Counted from the first letter of the stretch, positions 40,766 to 51,399 are shown. The stretch is DNA of 64,000 nt from Bacteroidota bacterium (GCA_007693555.1 REDJ01000108.1:55951-119950), one strand, 5' to 3'. Numbers and translations: made by a program. Notes: generated by a model from the sequence alone, not told the origin.

Positions 40766-43234
40766 TTAAAAACCATAGGATATTCCTGCAGAAATAAAAC
40801 GGGGCAGTCCAACTCTTATTCCCTGTGGTCTGCGCGAAGCAATGTATCTTTCATTTGTAAGGTTTTTAATGCTCAGGCTGAATTCCAGACCACTTCCCCC
40901 TAATCGATACCAAATGTGCATGTTTGTGACAAAATAGGGATCCAGTTTTCCAATTCTGCCATTGGCTGTTGCCTGTGCATATCTGTAATCCGTATCCTGG
41001 GCATTGATATTTATCCAATCATAAACATTTTCAGTATTTAGCACATCGGTATATTGACTTCCCACATAATTTCCTGATATTCTAAAACCTAACCCAAATG
41101 GTGTTTCCAATTGAAATGCTCCTGAAAAACTCAATGATGGTGAGTAAGGGGTTCTGTTACCTTTAACGTTTTGATAAACATTTTCATTTTCAGAGTTTAA
41201 AGATGATTTAAACAAAACATAACGGTCGCCTGAGAATTTTGCATTTACCCATGTTGCGTTCCATAAAAACCCTGCATTCCAGTTTTCTGGCAATATATGG
41301 CCAAAAGGCAGTAAAAAGGATGTTTCCAAACCTGTATGCACTGTTTTACCTCCATTTATATAACCTGTACCTGCGCCACCTGATGATTCTGATACCGGTA
41401 TAACCTGGTTTGAAAAGTCCATGTGAAAAGCGGTGAGTTCGAATTCTACAGCACGAAGGTTTCCTCTAATACCCATTTCCATATTCCAGCTTTTCTCTGC
41501 CTCAAGTTGCAGGTCAGCACCCTCATTACTAATGGCATCTTTGGTTCTGGGAGGTGCAAAGCCCCTGTGAATACCGGCGAAAATACCCAGATTATCAGTG
41601 AAGTTATAATTTAAACCAGCTCCCGGAATAATCTCAAATACAGAGCTTTGAGCAACTATTAAAGTATCTTTGAAGTTACGTCTCATAATTTCCCTTTCAT
41701 AACCAATGAGCTCACTTCTTAGCCCGGCCGTAAAAGAAAGTTGTGTATTAATCATAAATTTATTCTGCAGATATGTGCTAAAAGCATTACCTGTTCTTAT
41801 TTCATCATCACGCAAATCGCCTGACATTACACCGGCCGATGTACCGTTAACTCTTTGTTCAAAGGCCCTTTCATAGAGATAACGCAAACCTGCATCCATA
41901 TAAGCATTGGTGCTGCCAATATTATATTTATAATGAAGCCTGGGTTCAATACCTGCTACTTCAAATTGCCTGTTTCGCTGACCTGTGGAATTTCTCATAA
42001 AAATGGCACCATCTCTATTATCAGGGAAACCATGCATTTGTCCGGTAAGATTGGAAGCCGAAGAAGAATAAGTAAAATCCTGCCTGTTCCAGTTTCGGGT
42101 GGTGGTATAAGCAAAAGCAGTGGTATTAAGCTGGAAACCATCGGCCAACTGGTATTTATGATTTATGCTCGCAGCATATCTCCTAATCTTCAGAATATCA
42201 TCGGGTGCAATTCTCAGATCATCCATGCTCCCTGCTTCATACATGGGTTGTGTAAGGCCAACATAAGTTGAATTGGAAACTTCATCATAAATACTCAGTT
42301 TGAATCCTAATTGAGAGATAGGTGATAAGTCAGTTTGCAGTTTTGTATTTAAGTCATGGAGCAAAAACTGCGTAGGTCCAAAATTTTCTGCCTGTTTACG
42401 GGTAAAATCAATATAATACCCGGTTCTGTTTAATGTATTACCATGGGTAATCCTTGAATTAAAATAACCTAAATCACCTCCCCTGAAAGAAATGTTTCCG
42501 GTTGACTCCTGTGGAGGATCTGCTGTAATGTAGTTTATTACACCACCGATGGTTTGGGGACCAAAAAGTATAGATCCATTTCCCTTCAGGATCTCAATTC
42601 CACTCATGCGATCTATATTGGGAGTAAAGTACATTTCAGGTTCTCCATAAGGTGCAAGTGCAACCGGAATTCCATCTTCAAGAATAAGCACATTGCGGCT
42701 TTTGTCAGGATCCAGTCCCCTGATGCCTATATTTGCTCTCAGACCAGCACCCTCCTCCTCTACCACATGCACACCAGGAATACTTCTGAGTATCTCATTA
42801 CCACTAATGGGTTGTGCTTTTCTCAGGTCGTCATTTCTTACTATGGCAACTGAGCCAGGCAGGTATCGCAATACTCCTACCCTGCTTCCGGAAACAACTA
42901 CCTGCTGAAGCAATTGAATTTCAGGTTCAATTTCAATAGTAAAAAAATCCTTATTGTCAGCATAAGATAAATTGTAAGAGGTGGTTTTGTATCCAATTCC
43001 TTTTATATTCAAGCTAACATCCTGATTGTAAGGAATTGAAATATGAAAGATACCCTTTTCATCAGTAGTTGTGCCCTGTGGGCTACCTTTGATATAAACT
43101 GCCACAAAAGGAACAACAGCTCCCTCACTTTTTACCTGCCCGGATATATTGCGCATAAGCTCCCCTGCGTTGACCTGAAAAGAAATCAATATTCCCAATG
43201 TGGCAAATTTGAGTTTCCGGAAACTATTTTTCAT
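40766..43234 (-). CDS. TonB-dependent receptor, FecA (ferric citrate)-like
   Basis: Plug EEEGAGLRANIGIRGLDPDKSRNVLILEDGIP...PYGEPEMYF...IEILKG...FGPQTIGGVINYIT; KNLTNERYIASRRPQGIRVG; C-terminal Phe. Confidence 0.88.
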   Translation of the reverse strand: MKNSFRKLKFATLGILISFQVNAGELMRNISGQVKSEGAVVPFVAVYIKGSPQGTTTDEKGIFHISIPYNQDVSLNIKGIGYKTTSYNLSYADNKDFFTIEIEPEIQLLQQVVVSGSRVGVLRYLPGSVAIVRNDDLRKAQPISGNEILRSIPGVHVVEEEGAGLRANIGIRGLDPDKSRNVLILEDGIPVALAPYGEPEMYFTPNIDRMSGIEILKGNGSILFGPQTIGGVINYITADPPQESTGNISFRGGDLGYFNSRITHGNTLNRTGYYIDFTRKQAENFGPTQFLLHDLNTKLQTDLSPISQLGFKLSIYDEVSNSTYVGLTQPMYEAGSMDDLRIAPDDILKIRRYAASINHKYQLADGFQLNTTAFAYTTTRNWNRQDFTYSSSASNLTGQMHGFPDNRDGAIFMRNSTGQRNRQFEVAGIEPRLHYKYNIGSTNAYMDAGLRYLYERAFEQRVNGTSAGVMSGDLRDDEIRTGNAFSTYLQNKFMINTQLSFTAGLRSELIGYEREIMRRNFKDTLIVAQSSVFEIIPGAGLNYNFTDNLGIFAGIHRGFAPPRTKDAISNEGADLQLEAEKSWNMEMGIRGNLRAVEFELTAFHMDFSNQVIPVSESSGGAGTGYINGGKTVHTGLETSFLLPFGHILPENWNAGFLWNATWVNAKFSGDRYVLFKSSLNSENENVYQNVKGNRTPYSPSLSFSGAFQLETPFGLGFRISGNYVGSQYTDVLNTENVYDWININAQDTDYRYAQATANGRIGKLDPYFVTNMHIWYRLGGSGLEFSLSIKNLTNERYIASRRPQGIRVGLPRFISAGISYGF

Positions 43235-43418
43235 GGATTTTAATGTTTAGAAAAGAATAAAATGTATTAATTTAATATGCTAATGGGTATTAAAATGCTA
43301 AATTTTTTTCTAAAAAACACCCAAAATCTGCCGCTCAATCAGAGTATTGTATAAATATTAAGATTAGGCGATTCTTATGGGTGTATTTTTTGTTTTGGAA
43401 TTAACAATAATAGCGATA

Positions 43419-43447
43419 CAAAATTAAGACGTGCATTTATTATGCAC
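43419..43447 (-). promoter_or_regulatory. -7 box plus adjacent palindrome upstream of the FecA-like receptor
   Basis: TAATTTTG (minus, 43419-43426) next to gtgcat-N5-atgcac (43431-43447). Confidence 0.4.
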
Positions 43448-43530
43448 AATCCCTATTTATAAGGAAAATTAGTATTGAAGAATCTTCTTTTCTCTTATAA
43501 AATCATTAAAACATGGGAATATGCAAGAAA

Positions 43531-43686
43531 AAAGAGGTTGTCTCAAAAGCCTGAATCAGAGTGATTTTTTGAAAATCAGGTTACCCCTTCCCTAAAGGGA
43601 GTATGATTTTCAGCACTTTCCCCTTTAGGGGTAAGGGGTTAAAAGTGATGAAAATCAAATAAGCGGACTTCTGAGACAGCCTCTTT
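43531..43686. mobile_element. MITE-like element with 19-bp terminal inverted repeats and an internal REP-like palindrome
   Basis: aaagaggttgtctcaaaag (43531-43549) vs cttctgagacagcctcttt (43668-43686), 17/19 match; internal ccccttccctaaaggga...tcccctttaggggtaagggg; no ORF. Confidence 0.75.
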
Positions 43687-43710
43687 ACAATCGGGGTTTT
43701 CAGAATTTTA

Positions 43711-45540
43711 TTAAAACTTATTGTTTTCCTTATCAGAGTTCTCGACAGGAATTGGTTCAGCTTTTGAGTTGTAGATTGCTTCTACAAGGTCTTTATATTT
43801 TTGAATGATAAATTGTCTTTTAAGCTTCAGGCTTGAAGAAAGCTCACCGGTAATAGGACTCCATTCATCGGCAATAAGTATAATCTTTTTTACCTGGTCA
43901 TTTTCACCTAGTTTTTTATTGAACTTTCGGATTTCTTCCTGAAAATGCTTAATAACCTGTGAGTTTTTGATAAGTTCGGTATTATCCTGAAACTGAATTT
44001 TCTTTTTTCGGCACCAAAGAGCCAGTTCCTGGAAATTGGGACTGATAATAGCTGCCGGATATTTCTGATTTTCCCCTACAACCATTAATTGTTGTATGTA
44101 AAAGCTCTCTTTGAGTTTGTTTTCTATTTGCTGTGGCGCAACATATTTTCCATTGGACATTTTGAAGATTTCCTTTTTCCTGTCGGTGATTTTCAGAAAT
44201 CCCTCAGGGGCAAATTCACCAATATCACCACTATGAAACCATCCATCTTTATCAATAACATCAGCAGTACCTTCAGGGTCTTTATAATAACCCATCATCA
44301 ATCCGGGGCTTTTAATGAGTATTTCGCCATCATCAGCAATTTTTACCTCTACATCCTTTAAGATTTTACCAACTGTTCCAGGCATTACAAATCCAGGTTG
44401 AGAATAATTTACAGCAACAACCGGAGATGTTTCAGTAAGCCCATAACCCTCATAGACAGGCAAACCTGCTGCCCAGAAAATTCGGGCAAGCCTGGGCTGT
44501 AATGCCGAACCACCGCACCCAATGAAAGTAATATTCTTGCTGAGTGCATCGCGCCATTTGCTGAAAACAAGCTTGTCTGCGAGATAATGCCGTATTCGGA
44601 AAGAAAGTGAATGCTTTTTGTAAGGAGTAAAACTTTCGGCCAGCTTCAGAGATTGCAGGAAAATATATCGCTTTACAGGGCTAAGTTTCCTTGCTTTTTG
44701 AATAATCTTGTCGTAAATTGACTCCAGCAGACGCGGAACAGCTATGAAACCATCTACCTGAAGGTCTTTTATATCCCTGGCTATTGTGTTGATGCTTTCT
44801 GCGTAATAAATGCTTATACCCAGATAATGGTACATATAATTTACCATATGCTCAAAAACATGCGACAAAGGCAGAAAGCTCAAAGCTTTATGATTATGGT
44901 TCAGGTGTTGGACCTGAGCGCTTGCAATTGCATTACTCAGCAAATTCTTATGAGATAACATTACTCCCTTGGGTAAACCTGTGGTTCCTGAGGTATAAAT
45001 GATTGTAAGCAGATCGTTTTCAGTTATATTCTCACGTATGCGCATTACCTCATCATAATATGTGATAGCTTGTTTTTTACCTGCATCCGTAATCACAGTC
45101 CAGTTTTCAGCATCTTCTACCTTATTGAATGTGAGGATTTTCTTTGTAAAAACGAGTTTTTCAGATATGCTCTTAATTTTTTTATAAAGACTGGTATCAG
45201 AAACAATAACCAATGAAGATTCGGAATGATTTAAAATGTAAGTAAACTCCTCCTCAGATAAAGTGGGATGCACAGGAACATGCACCATGCCGGCCATAGC
45301 AATGCCCATTTCCATAAAATTCCATTCAGGACGATTATTGGTGATTGTAGCTATTTTTTCGCCCGGTTTCATTCCCATAGCCAATAAGCCCATACTAACA
45401 TTCCAGACTGAATCATTATATTCACTGGTATCGTATTCTCTCCATTTGCCATTTTCAACGCCGGCAAGTTTGAACCGGCCTACCGTATCGGGCAATGCCT
45501 TGAACCTTCCCAAAAGGTCAAAAATTCTCTTGATTTCCAT
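43711..45540 (-). CDS. fadD: Long-chain-fatty-acid--CoA ligase (FAA1/FadD15 type)
   Basis: IIYTSGTTGLPKGVMLSH; FLPLSHVFE; EGYGLTETSP; GWFHSGDIG; ITDRKKE; TACTTTTG box at 45672-45679. Confidence 0.9.
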   Translation of the reverse strand: MEIKRIFDLLGRFKALPDTVGRFKLAGVENGKWREYDTSEYNDSVWNVSMGLLAMGMKPGEKIATITNNRPEWNFMEMGIAMAGMVHVPVHPTLSEEEFTYILNHSESSLVIVSDTSLYKKIKSISEKLVFTKKILTFNKVEDAENWTVITDAGKKQAITYYDEVMRIRENITENDLLTIIYTSGTTGLPKGVMLSHKNLLSNAIASAQVQHLNHNHKALSFLPLSHVFEHMVNYMYHYLGISIYYAESINTIARDIKDLQVDGFIAVPRLLESIYDKIIQKARKLSPVKRYIFLQSLKLAESFTPYKKHSLSFRIRHYLADKLVFSKWRDALSKNITFIGCGGSALQPRLARIFWAAGLPVYEGYGLTETSPVVAVNYSQPGFVMPGTVGKILKDVEVKIADDGEILIKSPGLMMGYYKDPEGTADVIDKDGWFHSGDIGEFAPEGFLKITDRKKEIFKMSNGKYVAPQQIENKLKESFYIQQLMVVGENQKYPAAIISPNFQELALWCRKKKIQFQDNTELIKNSQVIKHFQEEIRKFNKKLGENDQVKKIILIADEWSPITGELSSSLKLKRQFIIQKYKDLVEAIYNSKAEPIPVENSDKENNKF

Positions 45541-45986
45541 TTGATTGTTTTCCTTGTAATTGCAGCAGTTGGGTATACTGCTGTAATTTTCATTTAAATA
45601 CTGTTACTTATAATTAAACAACACAACCACATTTTTGTTGATTTGTCAGACTTTTTATGTAAACCTCTGCACAAAAGTAATTGAATATTACAAGCAAAAT
45701 AAAATTTATTAGCAAGCATCAATTACAATCATGGGCTTTTCAGATGAGCTTTATAGTCCTCAATTCTTTGAATAGCTTTTCAATATAATGGCAAAATGCA
45801 TTGAATACATGTATATTGGTTTAGTGAACGGGGCACTTAAATTGCAACTACTCCAGGAAATCATCTCGGGATTAAAATCTGAGAAATAGCTTATTAACAT
45901 AATTTAACCAACATTTAAAGCCTGAAACAGTGAATTACCCGCTTCAGGCTGTTAACTTTATGGTTTGGAAATAAAAAAAATAAATT

Positions 45987-47105
45987 ATGAAATTTAGAAA
46001 AACTATTTTTGGCTTCTTAATAATTTCTTTTGCATTCATATCATGCAGTTCATCAGATAAAAATGAATTGCAAATGGGTGACTTGAATTTTACAATTGAT
46101 ACTCTTGCAACAGGCCTTCAAAATCCATGGGGTATGGAATTTTTGCCCAATGGGCAGATTCTTATAGTTGAGCGACCCGGCAGATTACGTATCTGGGAAA
46201 ATGGACAATTACTTAATGAGCCGGTACCTGGAATGCCTGAAATATGGGCTCATGGGCAGGGAGGATTACTGGATGTGATAATGCACCCCGATTATGAAGA
46301 AAACGGATGGTTATATTTTGCATATGCTTCTCCCGGCCAGGGAGGTGGTAATACTGCCATAGGCAGGGGCCGATTGCAGGGAAATCAACTGGTTGATTTT
46401 GAAAAAATATTTCAGGGACAACCCTATTCTTCTGGTGGAGCACACTTTGGCAGCCGTATTGTTTTTGACGAAAACAATTATTTGTTTACCACTATTGGAG
46501 ACAGGGGTATAATGAATACCGCTCAACAACTTGACAATCATAATGGTACTGTATTAAGGTTGTTTGACGATGGTTCAGTACCACCTGATAATCCATTTGT
46601 TAATGAACCGGGAGCAATGCCCGAAATCTGGTCCTACGGCCACAGAAACATTCAGGGAATGGTCTTTCATCCTGAAACCGGAGATCTTTGGACCCATGAG
46701 CATGGCCCAAGAGGTGGCGATGAAATAAATGTTGTTTTTAAAGGCGAAAATTACGGATGGCCACTTGCCACACATGGAATTAACTATAACGGTACCGTGA
46801 TTACGCCTGATACCACATTACCCGGAATGGTTGACCCCATTTTACACTGGACTCCTTCCATTGCCCCTTGCGGATTAGACATAGTAACCAGTGACTTATA
46901 TCCGGAATGGCAGGGAGACCTTATGGTAGGTGCACTTGCCGGTCAGCATATTCACAGGGTTGTGATTGAAGGCAGACAAGTAGTGCATACTGAAAAACTA
47001 TTGCAGGGATTCGCCCGCTTCCGGGCAATAAGACAAGGCCCGGATGGATATTTGTATGTGCTGACAGAATCTCCCGGTTTATTTATAAGATTGATACCTG
47101 AATAA
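45987..47105 (+). CDS. PQQ-dependent aldose sugar dehydrogenase lipoprotein (YliI/Asd-like)
   Basis: Lipobox FISC; PWGMEFLP; GQGGLLDV; HFGSRI; WSYGHRNIQG; EHGPRGGDEIN; NYGWP. Confidence 0.9.
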   Translation: MKFRKTIFGFLIISFAFISCSSSDKNELQMGDLNFTIDTLATGLQNPWGMEFLPNGQILIVERPGRLRIWENGQLLNEPVPGMPEIWAHGQGGLLDVIMHPDYEENGWLYFAYASPGQGGGNTAIGRGRLQGNQLVDFEKIFQGQPYSSGGAHFGSRIVFDENNYLFTTIGDRGIMNTAQQLDNHNGTVLRLFDDGSVPPDNPFVNEPGAMPEIWSYGHRNIQGMVFHPETGDLWTHEHGPRGGDEINVVFKGENYGWPLATHGINYNGTVITPDTTLPGMVDPILHWTPSIAPCGLDIVTSDLYPEWQGDLMVGALAGQHIHRVVIEGRQVVHTEKLLQGFARFRAIRQGPDGYLYVLTESPGLFIRLIPE

Positions 47106-47155
47106 AGAATTAGGATACTTTACCGGATGTATAAGGAATTTTTGCAGCAATCAGG

Positions 47156-47761
47156 TTAAAACCGTTCCTGGTTATCTTTGAGTATATTAAACAGGAACTC
47201 CCTGGCCCTGAACAATTGAGCCTTTACAGTACCCAACGGCAGGTCAAGCTCTTCGCAGATTTCTTCGTAAGAGTATTCATCAAAATACCTTAACTGAATG
47301 AGCTTTTTATAACGTGGCTTGAGTTTTTCGACAACCTTTCGCATGAGTTCAATTTTTTGTGATTTGATAAGGTTCTCTTCCGGGTCAAGACCTTCAGAAG
47401 CCATACTTTTTACATGGTATGATTCATTTACATCGTCATAATTGTCATTGGCAAGAACATTTTTCTTCTTCTTGCGCATGAAATCAATACAATTATTTGA
47501 TGCTATTTTAAACAACCAGGTGCTGAAGGCATAATCGGGGGTGTATTGCGAAAGGTTTTTGAAAGCCTTGCCAAATGCTTCAAGAGTTAAATCTTCAGCA
47601 TCATCAACATTTCCTGTCATTTTTACAAGCATAAAATAAATGGTATCGCGGTAAAGCCCCATGAGCTCAGTAAATGCCATCTGGTTGCCGTGTTCAACAG
47701 CTTGCTTTACCAACTCAAAATCTCTTTGTGCCTTTTCAGTGAGATTGGGGTTTACTTCCAT
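47156..47761 (-). CDS. ECF RNA polymerase sigma-70 factor
   Basis: DAEDLTLEAF; FSTWLFKIASNNCIDF (region 2); SYEEI...LPLGTVKAQLFRAR (region 4). Confidence 0.93.
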   Translation of the reverse strand: MEVNPNLTEKAQRDFELVKQAVEHGNQMAFTELMGLYRDTIYFMLVKMTGNVDDAEDLTLEAFGKAFKNLSQYTPDYAFSTWLFKIASNNCIDFMRKKKKNVLANDNYDDVNESYHVKSMASEGLDPEENLIKSQKIELMRKVVEKLKPRYKKLIQLRYFDEYSYEEICEELDLPLGTVKAQLFRAREFLFNILKDNQERF

Positions 47762-48903
47762 TTATTTTTCCTGTAAAATAGATTTGAAATTGCAAAAACA
47801 GGGTTTAAAAATGCAAAAATCACATCAAGTATTGGCGAATATAGAAATAATTTCGCTTCTTTAAGTTTTTTACCTGCATAATAAAAAATCAACAGCTGTG
47901 TTAATAACTTTACCAAAAATACAGCCAATGCAACGTATAAAGATAATGAGGATTGAGCAATTGCCAAAAATACAATCAGTGTAATGTAAAACATAGTATT
48001 GGAAAGGGCCAGTAACCCCAATCTTAACTTATCACTTATTTTATAATATTTGCCCGTAGAAAGATGCCTCTTCTTCTGCTTAAACCAGCCTGAAAAGGTT
48101 CTTTTGGGTTCGGAAATGGTAAAGCTTTCCGGATCGATTGCAACTCTTGTATTACGCTTATTGGCTGCCTTGTTTATAAACAGATCATCATCGCCAGAGC
48201 TGATTTTATAATGGGAAGTAAATCCTCCTGATTTAAAAAACAAATCTTTTTTGTAAGCCAGATTTCTGCCCACTCCCATGTAAGGTTTTCCTGCAAGAGC
48301 ATATCCCAAATATTGCATGGCAATAGTAATTGTATCAAATCGAATCAGCTTATCAAGTAAACCTTTAGTTTTACTGTAAGGACCATAACCAAGAACTATC
48401 TCTGTCTTTTCATCAAAGGCAGCCATCATACTTTTAATCCAGTTTCTTCCTGCGGGTTTACAATCTGCATCTGTAAGCAGAATATTTTCGTACCTGGCAG
48501 ATTTAATACCAACGGCAAGGGCCAGTTTTTTACCTTCAAAAAAGTTAACATTTTCCCGCAGGTTCACAACTTTGAGATAGTTATATTTTTCACTGAGTGA
48601 TTTTAATAAAAAATAGCTTTCGTCTTCTGAAAAGTCATTTACCAAAATAACTTCAAATATAGGATAGTCCTGCTCCAGAATAAGCGGAAGATTCTTTTCC
48701 AGGTTGTCATATTCATTTCTTGCACAAATAACTACCGATACCGGTTGCTTTAAAGAATCATCCTGTTTAATCTTTTTTTGCGACCCGAAAGCTAAACGGC
48801 TGTAATACCACAAATAATTAAACAGAATAACAATCGTAAAAAAAATCAGCACAGACAGGCTGATCCACTCATTTTTCTCCAATAATTCAGTATAATTTAA
48901 CAT
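47752..48903 (-). CDS. Family 2 glycosyltransferase, membrane-bound
   Basis: SVVICARNE; VNDFSED; GKKLAL; LTDADC; SGDDDL; QKKRH; start taken at ATG 48903, just downstream of a minus-strand TAATTTTG box at 48930-48937; overlaps the sigma gene start. Confidence 0.88.
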   Translation of the reverse strand: MLNYTELLEKNEWISLSVLIFFTIVILFNYLWYYSRLAFGSQKKIKQDDSLKQPVSVVICARNEYDNLEKNLPLILEQDYPIFEVILVNDFSEDESYFLLKSLSEKYNYLKVVNLRENVNFFEGKKLALAVGIKSARYENILLTDADCKPAGRNWIKSMMAAFDEKTEIVLGYGPYSKTKGLLDKLIRFDTITIAMQYLGYALAGKPYMGVGRNLAYKKDLFFKSGGFTSHYKISSGDDDLFINKAANKRNTRVAIDPESFTISEPKRTFSGWFKQKKRHLSTGKYYKISDKLRLGLLALSNTMFYITLIVFLAIAQSSLSLYVALAVFLVKLLTQLLIFYYAGKKLKEAKLFLYSPILDVIFAFLNPVFAISNLFYRKNKWK

Positions 48904-48993
48904 ATCAGTTACAGATGGTTTGAAAGCTGCAAAATTACCCAATCTTAAGATATATCAACTATCTTTGGAAAATTTTTAAAAACCGGGTATTTC

Positions 48994-50124
48994 ATGCAAT
49001 TTCAGATTAAACATAATGATAAGTCAAGCAACGCAAGAAGCGGAGTAATTATTACTGATCATGGAAAAATACATACCCCGGTTTTTATGCCGGTGGGCAC
49101 TGCAGGTACAGTAAAAGCTATACATAACAAAGATTTACTTGAGCAGGTAAAGGCAGAAATAATTCTCGGTAATACTTATCATCTTTATTTACGGCCTGGC
49201 CTTGAAATACTTAAAAAAGCCGGTGGCATTCATAAATTCAATGCCTGGGACAAACCCATACTCACCGACAGTGGTGGTTACCAGGTATATTCACTCGCAC
49301 ATCGCAGAAAAATGAATGAAGATGGGGTGGTTTTCCAGTCTCATATTGACGGTTCCAGGCACATGTTTAGCCCCGAAGGTGTAATGGATATTCAGCGTAT
49401 TATTGGTGGCGACATTATAATGGCATTTGATGAATGCACTCCCTATCCATGTGAATATAACTATGCAGAAAGCTCCATGCACCTTACACATCGTTGGCTA
49501 AAAAGATGTTGTGAACATTTTGACAATTCAGAAGGTCATTATGGTTACAACCAGACACTTTTCCCTATAGTTCAGGGAAGCGTTTATAAAGATCTTAGAA
49601 AACAATCTGCTGAATTTGTGGCTTCATGTAATCGTGAGGGAAATGCCATTGGAGGACTCTCTGTGGGAGAACCGGCAGATATCATGTATGAAATGACCGA
49701 ACTGGTGTGCTCCTTTTTACCCAAAGATAAACCAAGGTATCTCATGGGTGTTGGCACTCCGGTAAATATACTGGAAAGCATTGCTCATGGTATAGATATG
49801 TTTGATTGTGTTATGCCCACAAGAAATGCCCGTAATGGTATGATATTTACCAGTGAGGGGATCTTGAATATGAGAAATAAGAAATGGGAAGATGATTTTT
49901 CAGCTATCGATTCTGCAGGTTACACCTTTGCTGACACAATGTATTCAAAAGGCTATTTACGACATCTGTTTATATCCAATGAAATTCTTGCTTCCATAAT
50001 TGCAACTATGCATAATCTGGGATTTTATATCTGGTTGGTAGACCAGGCAAGGGAGCAGATCAAGAATGGAACTTTTTCAAGCTGGAAGAACAAAATGGTT
50101 GGCAAACTATCTAAAAGGTTATAA
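48994..50124 (+). CDS. tgt: tRNA guanine(34) transglycosylase
   Basis: TPVFMPVGT; ILGNTYHLYLRPG; LTDSGGYQV; AFDEC; IVQG; AIGGLSVGE; RYLMGVG; DMFDCVMPTR; TATCTTTG box at 48960-48967. Confidence 0.97.
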   Translation: MQFQIKHNDKSSNARSGVIITDHGKIHTPVFMPVGTAGTVKAIHNKDLLEQVKAEIILGNTYHLYLRPGLEILKKAGGIHKFNAWDKPILTDSGGYQVYSLAHRRKMNEDGVVFQSHIDGSRHMFSPEGVMDIQRIIGGDIIMAFDECTPYPCEYNYAESSMHLTHRWLKRCCEHFDNSEGHYGYNQTLFPIVQGSVYKDLRKQSAEFVASCNREGNAIGGLSVGEPADIMYEMTELVCSFLPKDKPRYLMGVGTPVNILESIAHGIDMFDCVMPTRNARNGMIFTSEGILNMRNKKWEDDFSAIDSAGYTFADTMYSKGYLRHLFISNEILASIIATMHNLGFYIWLVDQAREQIKNGTFSSWKNKMVGKLSKRL

Positions 50125-50265
50125 AATGGCAGTTTACCCTCGAATTGAATGAACACGAAAAGTATTAATTTTACGTTTTGTAAAAACAACAAATAACATT
50201 ATTGACTGATTCTGCTGAGAGCATTATTTATATTTTCAGCAACATTTCCATCATAAATATTGCAA

Positions 50266-51348
50266 ATGAATCTGAAAAAACTGGACTGGTATATTATCCG
50301 TAAATTTCTTGGAACGTTCTTTTATGCCATAACATTGATCCTGCTCATAGTAATTATATTTGATTTATCCGAGCGAATAGATAACTTTATTGAAAACCAG
50401 GCTCCGCTCAATGAAATCCTTTTCGTTTATTATTTGAATTTTATCCCTTATTTTGCCAATCTCTTCAGTCCGCTTTTTACTTTTATTGCGGTTATTTATT
50501 TCACTTCACGAATGGCATTCAATACTGAAATCATTGCCATTCTCAATGCAGGAATAAGTTTTAAGCGTATGCTTGTTCCTTATTTTATTTCCGCGATTTT
50601 TCTTGCTTTTGTTTCAGTTTATTTATCTAATTTTTTGATTCCGGAGGCAAATCGCAAAAGAATAGAATTTGAGGAACAATACTTTCGCAGACAAAGCCAG
50701 TTTCGCGAAAGAAATATACACCTTCAAATACGACCTGGAGAATTTGTATATATGGAATCTTTCAATGAGAGAATCAATGTTGGTTATAAATTTACACTTG
50801 AAAGAATTTCAGATGGTCAGCTAACCTTTAAATTATTTGCTGATCGTGCCGAGTGGATTGATAGTATCCAAACATGGTCTTTCAGGAATTATCACTACAG
50901 GGAAGTGGATGACTTAAACGAAAAGCTTAGTCGGGGAAGCAGAATGGATACGATTATACCCTTAACACCTGATGATTTTATTCAAAACTTACGTGAAATT
51001 GAAGGGTTAAATTTCAGGGAGCTACGGGATTTTATTGAAAGTGAAAGACTCAGAGGTTCGGAAAACATAAAGTTTTACCAGGTAGAGAAGCACCGGCGGG
51101 TTGCCTTCCCTTTTGCCACGCTCGTACTTACTGTAATAGGTGTATCTTTATCCAGCAGGAAAGTAAGAGGTGGGCTGGGATTGCATTTGGGTATGGGGCT
51201 TACATTAAGTTTTGCATTTATATTGTTTATGCAGGTCTCCACAACATTTGCCACCAATGGGAATCTTCCGCCGGCTATTGCAGTCTGGATACCAAATATT
51301 ATATTTGCTGCTTTGGGCGCTTATCTCTTAAAAACCGCTCCCAAATAA
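50266..51348 (+). CDS. lptG: LptF/LptG family LPS export permease
   Basis: KKLDWYIIRKFL; NTEIIAILNAGISFKR; periplasmic beta domain; RKVRGG; AVWIPN; ATG 50266 preferred over TTG 50260. Confidence 0.85.
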   Translation: MNLKKLDWYIIRKFLGTFFYAITLILLIVIIFDLSERIDNFIENQAPLNEILFVYYLNFIPYFANLFSPLFTFIAVIYFTSRMAFNTEIIAILNAGISFKRMLVPYFISAIFLAFVSVYLSNFLIPEANRKRIEFEEQYFRRQSQFRERNIHLQIRPGEFVYMESFNERINVGYKFTLERISDGQLTFKLFADRAEWIDSIQTWSFRNYHYREVDDLNEKLSRGSRMDTIIPLTPDDFIQNLREIEGLNFRELRDFIESERLRGSENIKFYQVEKHRRVAFPFATLVLTVIGVSLSSRKVRGGLGLHLGMGLTLSFAFILFMQVSTTFATNGNLPPAIAVWIPNIIFAALGAYLLKTAPK

Positions 51349-51368
51349 ACCTGAGACATAAATGCATC

Positions 51369-51395
51369 AAAAAAAAAGGCCGCTTTTGCGACCTT
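51369..51395 (-). terminator. Probable terminator of the thioredoxin cluster
   Basis: Minus strand aaggtcgc-aaaa-gcggcctt followed by a long T tract. Confidence 0.6.
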
Positions 51396-51399
51396 GGTT

